A stretch of DNA of 64,000 nt, taken from contig JAQGDQ010000603.1 in the NCBI GenBank assembly GCA_030141605.1, forward strand, positions 67,281 through 131,280, written 5' to 3'. The stretch is from Tubiluchus corallicola (taxonomy: Eukaryota > Animalia > Priapulida). Positions 1-11,252 of the stretch are shown here, one piece after another. A program made the translations under genes and the position numbers. Within the stretch, counting starts at the first letter, position 1, and each line of letters opens with the position of its first letter. The notes under the pieces are model-generated. The model searched no databases. It worked only from the letters and a program-made list of their open reading frames with translations, and was not told the origin of the DNA.

Positions 1-1315
1 AGTAAAGCAAAACAATGATACAACATTTCCATTAACCCTTTCAGTCCCAAATTATTTTTAATAAGAAAAAATTTTTTTGAATTAGTACTTTTGTTCAGTA
101 TGTCAATCTTGTTTACACATAATAACTGTTCTTTAAGTGATGAAATGAAAAGCTGAACGGTCACAGCATATCATTAGCAAACAAACGTAAAAAGATCGAG
201 CCTGGTAAGTGAACGGATCGGTGACCACTGGCTTCAATACTCGTTTTACCAATTTCATCTGCCAAACAGCCCTCTTCGTTGGTGACTGTTACCTCGCGTA
301 GGAGGAGGCTTACACATTCGAGCATGAACAAGACGCCTCTGTCTGTCGTCAATGACTATCTTAAATAATGAGTTAGATTTCGGTCCCATGACTACCATCT
401 AGATGAAGTAGGTTCTACAGTCCAATGCTGGTTCACAGCTTGCAGAGTGCTAAATTTTGTGGAAAAACAGGATGCAGCCGCTTGTTTCGTACACTCTGAA
501 TATATTATATAGCAGATTTTATTGAGCGACCATAATAAATACATTTTGAAGGCATGTGTGCTCACCATTAATTAAGAAGCTTATAAGCGGCGACGATGCA
601 CAAACGCCAAGCTACTTGCTTTGAATTTGTTTGTGTGTTGATACAAATGTGTTGTATTTACACTGTAAAATAAGTATGTTGGATACGCGAACCTCTGTGA
701 TTACCTCCCCAATGTGGACTACCTCCCCAGTATAGACTTCCCCATTTAGACCTCCACAGGGTAAATCTCCCTAATGTAGACCTCCACAATGCAGAAATTC
801 CCTTTGATTAGAACTCCACCTGACAAGTTCGGAGTTCTTCTTGCTGTTGAGATCCGCTTGATTAGAAATAAACAAGCTCAAGTGAGCCATAGCATCCCAG
901 AATGCCACAGGAAACAAACAAACCGTGACTTCAAAGCAAACTGTCCACAAGAACAAGAACAACAACGCAAACAAATCCCATTTTGCGTTGTAAAAAGTCT
1001 GATCTGGCGGGCCTTTAATATGCCCTACATTTCATCAACCATCGCGATACTGCTCCATTAACAGTCAAAGTTCATTTTTGTTTGTCTAACTAGATTAGCT
1101 AAAAGTAAATAGCTGACTCTTGCGATTATTAGCGCTGGATTACAATAAAGTTGTAAAATTTTGCATTTTAAAACGAAAGAAATTAAATGTACGATTGACG
1201 TGCTTGGTTTGAGCATTTCATCACAAAACTAACTTAACTAACGTAATTGAGTAACGAGTCACAGCTCCTGTACAGATTTCTGTAGCATGTACTGTGGTAA
1301 TAAGTTTTATTTTAG

Positions 1316-4300
1316 GACTTTTGGAAAGACTCAAAGATGGCGAATTTGTCATTTGTGCGGAAGGATTTCTGCTCGAGTTTGAGCGCCGTGGATATCTAAA
1401 AGCTGGGCACTTCGTACCGGAAGTGGTCATAGAACATCCTCATTTAGTCAGGCAATTGCACCATGACTACGCACGCGTCGGAAGTGACGTTGTCTTGGCT
1501 TTTACGGTTAGTCTGTTGATGAAGATGTAATGTGAAAAGTTTTTCAAGTTGAGTCACGTCATTGGGCGAACATGGTTCAGCAATTTACGTACTTTAAGGA
1601 TGAATCCAAAAATACGTTAAAAATATCTTTAAAGAAAGAACCAATCCTTGAACAACATTTATTGCATTTTCATATACAATTAAAATATCGAAATCACCAC
1701 ACAAGATCTGCGCATAGTGTGCTTTGCTTAAAAATATAAAAGGAATTTAAATATTTTTTATCTCCCGCCAAACGAACGTCATTTGAAAAAAATGACGTAA
1801 GCTGGTGTCTGCTGGGCAGCGTGAATCGGTGAAGGCAAGCTGTGATGAAGGTACCCGTTGAGAAAGTTCTACAGTTCTCACAGAAGTTCAATTATTCAAG
1901 CGTTGTATTTAACTGTGTTTATATATAGTTGTCATTAGATCAATTATGACCAAAATTAAAGTGGTTGGATTGTCTAGATGAGTGGTAACACTCTGTTAGC
2001 ATTTGTTAACCGCTTGTCTAAATGAAACTCAAAGTCATAAAATTACGTAGAACGCAACTTCTTGCATTTTCAGTATTACGCGCACAGATGAAAACTGAGA
2101 TTCATAGGAAAGGTGCATTAACTGGAAACTATTAAAATATCATTAATCATTAATCAAAAAATCATTAATAAAACATAAAAACAAGAGCGGCCCAATAACA
2201 CTTCCTTGGAGCACACCAGACCTTACACATGCATATTCACATACATTATTACCAGTAGCAACAACTTGTTTTCTATTGTTCAAAAAAAGATTCAATCCAT
2301 GTCAAAAGATGTCCTACAATGCCATTTGCACATCTGAATGTTCATTCTTGTTAAACTGCTGTTAGATAAAATGGTAAAGAAATGGCCCAGAAATGATAAA
2401 CTTAGCTGAAGATTAAAAAAACTGATGAATAACTGTTGCACTTTTCCATCAAATGTGTTTTTATTCCTCTTGCATTCTACTGTTAAAACATCCAATAAAA
2501 CTCTTGATTTGCTAAAACTATGCAATAGGAAAGCCAATACCAAAACGCTAAATTGGCTGTCTATCAGCTGAATGGTTGGCAAACTACCTGACAGCTTGAC
2601 AGTGATTGACAAACAACCAACTAACCATATTATACACTTTGGCTTTTTCAGTACTATGCGCACAGAGGGAAACTGAGATTCATAGGAAAGGAGCATGAAT
2701 TGGAAACCATAAACAGAGCAGCTCTACGAATTGCACGTGAAGTTGCTGATGAGACTGGAACACTGATGGCAGGAAATATTTGTAACTCGAATATTTATAC
2801 GTTTCCAACAAACAAGGAAAATGAGGAAGAAGTTAGGCAAATGTATAGAGTAAGCTTTGAAACGTTTGCTTTTCTGCTACGTTTGCTAAATTAATGTCGT
2901 CGAAATAATGTGTGTAAACAGAACATTCTGCTTTATTTGTCTAATGACGTGTCTAATCAGTCCTTCAAGATTAAACTTCATCTGCATCTTAAACTCTACT
3001 TGTACTTGTACCTGTACTTGTAGCTGTACCTGTAAATAGCACGAACGAATAACGTATCTTTTCTGTTAAAAAGAAGACTAAAACAATTCACTTACTTACA
3101 GCAGTATTTCGCATATCTAAGAAACATTTTTTATTTTAGGAACAAGTAGCTTGGGCACTCGAAGAAGGGGCTGATTTCATACTAATGGAAACAACATCTT
3201 ATCTTGGTGAAGCAATGATTGCACTAGAAGAAATTAAAGCAACTGGTAAACAATTAAAGCAGGAAACTAACAATCTTTCTAGCATTTTACTCCATCTGTT
3301 ATAGCAATTTTTAATATGCTTTTACACTATGTTTGAATCATTATGGCTCATTATGGTATTTTGATTCAAACACGTTAGATGGTGATGACTTTTGGCAACA
3401 TTCGTTATTGAAATTATTAAGATTTGAAGCTTAACACCACTTATTTGTCTACTCATTAGTTAGCCCGTCTGTTTATTTGTTTATAAATCATAATCCCTCT
3501 GTAATGGGCACTTCTTAGGCACATACGACAACTGACAAGACCTTAAGAGTGAAATCTAAAAACTTCAGAGATTGATTTATTCCTTGATTTCAGGCTTACC
3601 AGCTGTTGTCAACTTCCTCTCAGCTGTTCTAGAAACAACATTAGACGACGTACCATTCCCAGAAGCTTTTCAAAAACTAAAAGAAGCTGGAGCAGCCGTA
3701 GTGGGACTTAATTGCGGCAGAGGTCCTGCCACGATAATGCCTACTATAAAAGAAATTCGAAAACAATTCGACGTAAGCAAAAATTGAGTTTTCTTGCTAA
3801 CACCAAGTAAATTAGCTTGGCCGAGGTAAAAATATTTTTCGCGTAATCAGTATCAAATTAAAGTCTAACCAACATTGCAGGAATATTTCACATAGATTCC
3901 TTGCTATGTAGTAATTTCGAGCCACGTGTCACTCGAATAGGATTCTCTGCCTTCCTTCCTATGTATACTTAATTTTAATTGAGTGCAGGGTCATATACTG
4001 GAGGAAGAATGGCATTGGGAGAAGGGAAGAAATGCATATCGAGGTTATGAATATAGATGAGTTGTCACCTGTCCTTAGGCCTATAGGCGTGGGCTATGGG
4101 TTAGCATAACTTCAAATTACTTTACAACAGTACAAATGAAAGATATGATGCCAAAACGATAATAAACAAAATACATATTTGTACAAAATAGTATAAAAAC
4201 CACAAGTAATTGCCAAAAAAAGCTAGGCTAAAGTATAAAATTCCCCACACACAAGATATTAGTTCGTGAAGTGGATTAGGATTAGTCAGGGTTAGGGTTG

Positions 4301-7300
4301 GGACTAGGATTAGGATTAGTGTTATCTTTCAGGCTAGATTGGGTACAGTGAAGCCAGGTGTATTAATTCTAGAGTGACATTATTCATTTTGCATTACCTG
4401 TAGAGTTTGTTTGACATGCTTGGCCGCTCTTGTATTGAGTTGTTAGATAGCCTTAGAATAGGAAAAAATCGTGTTTTAGTGGTATAGTAGTTGTGAGTTC
4501 AGTAGGCCACTGTTGTAGAACCAGTATGTCTCTTTGTGATTTCTGAAGATTGGCTTGAAATTTGCTATACAGATCCTCAAACGTTTGTAAGTTTATTTAT
4601 TTGCTTAATAGTTTCTGTTGGTGTTTATTTGATAATAATTCTTTTCATCTCTAGCCATTGCCTAATTATTGATTTTTTGCAACTGTTTAAAGTGCATGCG
4701 TATGCGCGTGTTTTTGTGTAGGCATGCACGTGTGTGCATGTGCCTGCTGATTTGTGAATATGCTGGGAAGTTTGTTTGTTAGCAAATTTTTGCGTTTGTT
4801 TTGTAATGCCATATGTAATGGTTTAATTTTGAATCATCTTCTGCTTCAGTGTGCTTGTTGTTAATTTGTTAACGCTTGTTTCTCGTTTACTCGCACATTT
4901 ACTGTTGCTTTATTTTTGTTGATATTCTTTTTTTCTTGTTCTATTGCAGTTTCACCTTCTTCTTCTTTTTTACAATGAGTGGAAAATGAAAATAAAATCT
5001 GTAAAACAAATAGCCAGTTTTCTACAGTGAAAAAACGTTTCATCATGACTGCTGAGTTGAAGAATGCGAGGTCAAAGGCCAAGAGGGCAGTCACTAAAGA
5101 TGTCAATCAGGTCAAGCAGTTGCTAGCAGAAGACGATACAGGAAAATTAGCTGAAAGAGTTGAAAGACTGAAGGGCATCTTCAAGGAGTTCACCAAAGCA
5201 CATGATTCTTATCATCAGATTTTGGAGACTGAGGATGACTTGGAAACCAGTGATGCTTATTTCTACAGGGTGCAGGAAGACTACATCACAGTTCTGAATT
5301 TAGCAAAGCAGTATACTACAGATGTGAAACAGAGGTCTCCAGTGGGGTCACCAGTAAAGAAGACCAGTTGGGCTGGTCCAGGATTTGGTGCTGAGGACAT
5401 TACCAGGGGTGAGTTGCTGAGTTTGCTTAACATGCCAAAAGTTGAGTTACAGACTTTTAAAGGAGATCCACTTCAGTACCATCAGTTCATTAAAGCATTT
5501 GAGCAGAATGTTGATTGTATTTGTGCTGACAGTGATCTCAAGTTGTCCAGGCTTATGCAGTATACTGATGGGCCAGCCAAGGAAGCCATTAGAGGGTGTC
5601 AGCTGATTGGTGGAGACAGGGGGTATGGAAAAGCAATTGAAATTTTGGAAGAGAGGTTTGGCAATTCACACCTTGTGACTGAGCAATTGGTCAGGCAAAT
5701 GAGGCATGGTAAACCAGTAAGATCTCCACAAGAGGTGCAGCAGCTAGCAGATGAAATGAGTAATGCAGTTGTTATTTTGAGCCAATTACATCAGTTGCAG
5801 GAAGTTGATTCTCAAACCATCATTTTAGAGATTGTCTAAAGATTACAGCCATACATCCAAATCAAGTGGAAGAAGCATGCGCTGGAGGTGAAAAAGAACA
5901 CTGGGGCGTATCCAGGTTTCAGGTCGCTGGTGGAGTTTGTTAAAGATGTTGCAGCAGATATCAATGATCCAGTTTATGGCCAGTTTAGTATGACGAAACA
6001 GAGTAACTCAAATGAGAGACGTGCAACACGGTCATCCAATTTTGTTTCAGCTGTGGATGGTGTCAGGTCTAACAAAGGACACCCTACACCAATGCGGTAT
6101 CCTAGATTGCAGTCATACGCTAAACCAGAACCACCATGTGTTCTTTGCAGTGAACATCATCGCTTGTGGCACTGTGAGCAATTCAAGAAGATGAATATTC
6201 ACGATAGACTTGGCGTTGTTCAGAGGTTCAAGTTATGCCACAACTGTTTGTTGTCATCTCATACGACAGAGAGGTGTGGGAAGAAATCTGTTTGTTCGGT
6301 ACGTGGATGTGGCAAGAAACATACCATGTACATTCATGTAGATGAGCCCAGTACTACAGAAGGTGCTGATGTTATGGTGTCTAATGCCGGTACTTCTACC
6401 CGTGGTAATACTTGTATGCCAGTGGTTCAGGTAGTAGTCAATAATGCATGCCAAGCACTAGCACTTCTAGACACATGTTCTACCAGTTCATTTTGTTCTC
6501 GAAAGTTGGTTAGACAGCTTGGAATAACTGGCAGTAAGGAGGATTATCAACTGAGGACACTGAATAGATCATCTATTAAATCTTCTGAAGTGGTTAGCCT
6601 TACTATTTCGTCTAGTGCCGGAGAGTCGCTCAGTATGTCAAGAGTCTATGTTGTTGATAAAATACCAGCTCAGTGTGGAGTGGACACCAGCAAATATTCA
6701 CATCTTTCCGACATAGTGTTTCCTGTTGGCAAGCATCTTCAGAGTTCTGGCGCTGACATATTGATTGGGCAAGATAATGCAGAAGCACTTGTTCCCTTGG
6801 ATGTCAGGAAAGGCAAGAGAGGAGAACCCTTTGCTGTGCGGACAATGTTTGGTTGGTGTTTGAACGGCAGCACGGCCCCTTCTAAAGCCAGTCACAGAGC
6901 TATTTCTCATTTTGTTACCCTCGTATCAATTGAAGAGGAAGTTCAGAAGATCTGGGACATTGAAAATGAGGGCATAGATGATACATCATGGTCACAAGAA
7001 GACAAATCCGTAGTAGATATGTGGGATGAAGAATGCTGCATGGTGGATAGCTACTTTGAGATACCCATTCCATGGAAGGATAGAAATGAACCACTTCCGA
7101 ATAATTTTGTGGTAGCAAAGGCGTGCCTAAAGTCACTTGTCAAGAGACTCGATAAGAGAAACCTTTTCCAGCAGTATGATGATGAGATTACCAAGCTTCT
7201 TGAGAATGGTTACGCAGAACCCGTGCCTGCAGAAGACATTTTTAGTGCAGAAAGAATATGGTACTTGCCTCATCATGATGTTATAACAGAAAAGAAGCCA

Positions 7301-9566
7301 GGCAAGCTTAGAGTAGTATTCAACTGTGCCAGTAAATTTCACGGAAGGTCCTTGAATGAGCGATGCAAGCCAGGTCCAGATCTCATCAATAAGCTTTTAC
7401 ATGTTCTTCTTCGTTTCAGGCAGCATCCCTATGCGGTTCAAGCTGATATAGAGGCAATGTACAATCAAGTACGTATACCACTGAAAGACAGAGATGCACT
7501 TCGTTTCTTGTGGTACAAGAATGGTGACGTAGTAGTGCATTATCGTATGACTTCACATTTATTTGGTGGCATCTGGTGTGCAGCCAGTTCCACTTATGCT
7601 CTGCAACGTGCGGTCATGTACGAACATGTGGACTCCATCATAAAAGACATTGTCATGAGGTCATTCTACGTTGATGACTGTCTCAGATCAGCCGCCACAC
7701 TTGAAGAAGCACGCGCAGTTATACATGATGTGCCAAAAGTTTTGATGAGGTCTGGTTTCAACTTAACTGGTTTTGTTGTCAATGATAGTGAATTGCTTTG
7801 CGAAATACCACAGCATAAGCGAGCAAAGGAAGTCAAAGATTTTGGAACAGAAGCATCTGGAAGGGTGTTGGGTGTTAAATGGAGTATTATGTCAGATGAG
7901 TTCTACTTTGTGATTGACCAGAAACTGTTACAAACTGATAATATTTCCAGAAGGAAGATGTTGAGTATAGTGTCGTCCATTTAACAGGAAAGTTGTTGTT
8001 CCAGGAGGCAATTCGACATAGGCTGTCTTGGGATGAAGTTGTCCCATCTGATCTTGACTATCAATGGAGAACATGGCTATTTTCGCAACTGTTTAAAGTG
8101 CATGCGTATGCGCGTGTTTTTGTGTAGGCATGCACGTGTGTGCATGTGCCTGCTGATTTGTGAATATGCTGGGAAGTTTGTTTGTTAGCAAATTTTTGCG
8201 TTTGTTTTGTAATGCCATATGTAATGGTTTAATTTTGAATCATCTTCTGCTTCAGTGTGCTTGTTGTTAATTTGTTGACGCTTGTTTCTCGTTTACTCGC
8301 GCATTTACTGTTGCTTTATTTTTGTTGATATTCTTTTTTTCTTGTTCTATTGCAGTTTCACCTTCTTCTTCTTTTTTACAATGAGTGGAAAATGAAAATA
8401 AAATCTGTAAAACAAATAGCCAGTTTTCTACAATTAGGATATTTAAATTGTGTGGGAAATTATAAACTCCTTCCAAAAACTGTAATTACAATAAATAGTT
8501 GTGTAGGTCACTAATAGTCAAAAACAGTGGTTGCAATGTATTTTGAATTCAACAAAAATAAAAGCCCTTTATTGTGCATCTACACAGTTTAAACAAAAGC
8601 CCATGTTGTGCATCTGCACAGCTCAAACAGAATCCCATTCTGTGCATCTACACAGCTCAAACAAAATCCCATATTGTGCATTTACACAGCTTAAACAAAA
8701 GCCCATATTGTGCATCTACACAGCTTAAACAAAAGCCCATGTTGTGCATCTACACAGCTCAAACAAAGTCCCATATTGTGCATTTACACAGCTTAAACAA
8801 AAGCCCATATTGTGCATCTACACAGCTTAAACAAAAGCCCATATTATGCACCCATGGAGCTTAATTTATAGCGATCTTTAGTTTGTGGGTATGCCTTAGA
8901 CAGTTTAGCCAACAGCAATCTATTTGTTTAATTTAGGGACCAATGGCAGCGGTACCTGCACCTTTCAGAACAGATTCCAAACATCTAAATTATCAATCCT
9001 TAAGAGACGAGAATGGTAAGATCCTGTTTTAACTCATTCAGACACAATAAATTTGCTTAAAATCAATTTCATTTAACTAGGAATTCAAACCTCACATACA
9101 ATTTATTTTAACGGTCGATCCATTAATCTCAAGTTAAATCTTTTTCAATTTTCAATATGCTGACGAAAGAACAGTAGAGATTTCCTATAATTTTACTGAG
9201 TATTCATTCATGAATGTAGTAAGTCAATGAAAGCAGGGATTAACGGAAGCGAACATCAAGCTGATTTTATATTTTCCAGGCGAGAGAGCATTTCCAGAGC
9301 TAGAAGCTCATCTCTGTTCCAGAAAACAGATTGCAAAATTTGCCCAGGAATGCAAGGACATTAACATACAGTTTCTTGGAATTTGCTGTGGCAACATTGC
9401 TTGTTACATTAGAACAATCGCAGAGACTCTTGGGAGGCGACCAGAAGCGAGCAAATACTCCCCGGACCTCAAATTGCACTTCTCAATTGGGTCCAAAGAA
9501 ACGAACCCCAAACATACGAAATACCATACAGAAGTGGAAGCTAGAAGACTGGGATGGAAAGATTAG
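1316..9566 (+). CDS. BHMT: Betaine-homocysteine S-methyltransferase-like gene, copy 1 (5'-partial; exon 1 ends just before the window)
   Basis: GT-AG exons 1316-1506, 2652-2849, 3140-3245, 3594-3772, 8937-9015 and 9280-9566 splice in frame to [17 protein letters not shown]...GLNCGRGP...GICCGN...LGWKD*. The Zn-ligand motifs of the Hcy S-methyltransferase family are intact. Bases 1-20 align to the start of intron 1 of copy 2 (27042 onward). Confidence 0.9.
2074..2136 (+). pseudogene. Dead, truncated duplicate of BHMT exon 3 inside intron 2 of copy 1
   Basis: Acceptor cattttcag is followed by [19 protein letters not shown], with stops at 2089 and 2119. It matches the first 21 codons of exon 3 and then breaks off. 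Confidence 0.85.
2159..2340 (-). mobile_element. LINE reverse transcriptase fragment shared with intron 2 of copy 3
   Basis: The minus strand reads [14 protein letters not shown] (non-LTR RT motif). It aligns with about 38368-38550. Confidence 0.75.
4320..5026 (+). repeat. 5' LTR of the BEL/Pao element (707 bp)
   Basis: Begins TGTT right after the TSD and ends TTCTACA, with AATAAA near the 3' end. Its 3' half is duplicated at 8085-8432. Confidence 0.85.
5045..7984 (+). pseudogene. BEL/Pao gag-pol, disrupted
   Basis: Gag motif [11 protein letters not shown]; three BEL-type Cys/His knuckles ([42 protein letters not shown]); protease LLDTCS; RT WYLPHH, LRVVFNC and FYVDD. There is an in-frame TAA at 5837-5839, the frame ends at 7984, and RNase H/integrase are absent. 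Confidence 0.9.
8085..8432 (+). repeat. Truncated 3' LTR of the BEL/Pao element (348 bp)
   Basis: Direct repeat of 4679-5026 with only two substitutions seen by eye. Confidence 0.9.
8560..8850. repeat. 33-bp minisatellite in BHMT intron 5 (about 8-9 units; shorter paralogous array at about 32705-32890)
   Basis: Tandem unit approximately aaagcccatattgtgcatctacacagcttaaac. Confidence 0.85.
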
Positions 9567-9949
9567 ATAAAACTGGACAAAATACGAATCTATGTTGGTT
9601 TTTGTGTATCGGTTAAAGCTCATTTACATGGTTCTAAAAAAGTAACGAATGTATAAAAAACAGTAGGTGGTAGTCAGAAAAATGGACTGCAAAATTTGTG
9701 CTTTGTTTTACATAGTGATTACCAAAGGAGTTTGAAGGGCATTGTCGTAACAGACAAACACTGTAATAACAAATGAAACAACTGATGTTAACCAGACAGA
9801 TTATGTGCATTAAAAAAACTGAAAAATAAGCTGCAAAAATGATACGACTAGCCAGGTGTTACTTCAATAAGATAAATAATGATGCAGTTTAAGAGAAAAA
9901 CAGCGCACAAATTATGTAGGTAAATTTGCCTTTAGAATAATAAACATCT

Positions 9950-11252
9950 GAACTGGGCTGTACCTGTACTTGTACTTGTATTCAATTCATGAGAAATCTG
10001 ATTGAATTGTTACGTTTAATTTTGTTTGTGATTGTCAGGTTAGTCACTTGTTTGTTTATTTATTTGTAACGTTATATTACGGAGAGAAACACATTGAAAA
10101 CTTAAAAATGCGCGTGATTTTGGATATTACTTTCTTGGTATTGAATTTAACGTTAATGCCTGCTACAATTCCCGTAAAAAGGCATTTATATTCTGTAAAA
10201 TCCGTTTATATTTTTGATTTTTGTAGTTTTTTGTTGTTGGTTGCTCTTTGACGAGCTACAAGCGAAAATAAGAACGACGCATGATAAGCATGCTGCTAGA
10301 CACGCTATTAAATCATGTGGGGCTTGGAATTTCCTAAATATATGAAAAAGTACCGTCAGCTAAAAACGAATCATTAGGATGATAATGGTTATGGTAATTT
10401 GCGTTATGTAGTGGTCATTTTTGCAAGTCTGGTAGGGTCTACTTTCTCTACATTTGCAATTCTAGTACTTTATCAAGACAAATAGATGTCGCATTGCTTC
10501 TGGATACCAAAACTGTGGCTTGAAATTTGAATACATTTGGTAAAATAGAATCACTGCAGCAACATAAACAGTACACTGTCACTTTCACATTCACACGTGC
10601 TGTGATACTTTCACATTCTCACGTGCTGTGATACTTACACATTCACATGTGTCACTTCCACACTGCAAGTTTCATTATTAATCATACAGTTGATATAGTT
10701 ATAAATTGAAGTTTGAACAACATTTGTGTACCAATAAGCCTATCTTAAGCTTGAGATTTGAAGTATAGGTTAAAAGCTAAAGTAGTTAACCAGATCATAA
10801 GTTTTTTGTTTTTTAAGTGACTCTAAATGATAGAAAAGTCATTTGATCAATTGAATATAAAATGTTACAATTTGCTATACCTGTAGTCATATAGGAAACA
10901 GGAAACAATGTCATAGTTGGTTAAACAGTTTATTTTGAAAAGAATATACACAGTTTGTATAACTAATAGCTAAACAGCTTCTCTTCATTGGAGGAGGAGG
11001 ATGTAGTGGACTATATTAAGTTGCGTATTCTCACTGTGTTCAACAAGTCAAGGTGGACGGAAATAAACGTGTAACACTCAACGATCTAGTTTATTTTATG
11101 GTACTTCCATAAATATACAAAATAGTGGATTAGGGTTAGACAGGGTTAGGGTTGGGACTAGGATTAGGATTAAGATATTTAAATTGTGTGTGGAATTATA
11201 AACTCCTTCCAAAAGCTGTAACTATAATTAATAGTCACTAGTAGTCAAAAAC
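9950..11252 (+). pseudogene. Intron-only relic homologous to BHMT introns 3 and 5
   Basis: 9950-10670 matches 30520-31235 and 11101-11124 matches 31241-31264 (copy 2 intron 3). 11125-11252 matches intron 5 (32561-32663). Order and orientation are the same as in the genes, and no exons remain. Confidence 0.7.

Larger units (their letters stand above)
4320..8432 (+). mobile_element. BEL/Pao LTR retrotransposon, internally deleted, in intron 5 of BHMT copy 1
   Basis: TGT...ACA termini and a 5-bp TSD attag (4315-4319 and 8433-8437). Empty-site sequence is present at 11125-11180 and 32561-32590. The 5' LTR is 4320-5026; the partial 3' LTR 8085-8432 matches 4679-5026. Confidence 0.93.

Noticed and set aside
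2089-2091. In-frame TGA as selenocysteine
   Set aside because: It replaces a Gly/Glu codon, is followed by a TAA and a truncation, and lies in a pseudo-exon.
2292-2696. 134-aa minus-strand ORF, partly repeated at 38694-38906
   Set aside because: It is antisense to an intron and exon 3, and the paralogous copy is frameshifted and stops early.
4271-4319. Interstitial telomere
   Set aside because: Only a few degenerate ttaggg/attagg units. Similar patches (11125-11170, 48917-48960) are short repeat-derived motifs.
5837-5839. Programmed gag-pol readthrough stop
   Set aside because: The TAA falls inside gag, before the zinc knuckles. BEL elements normally have one ORF, so a nonsense mutation is the simpler explanation.
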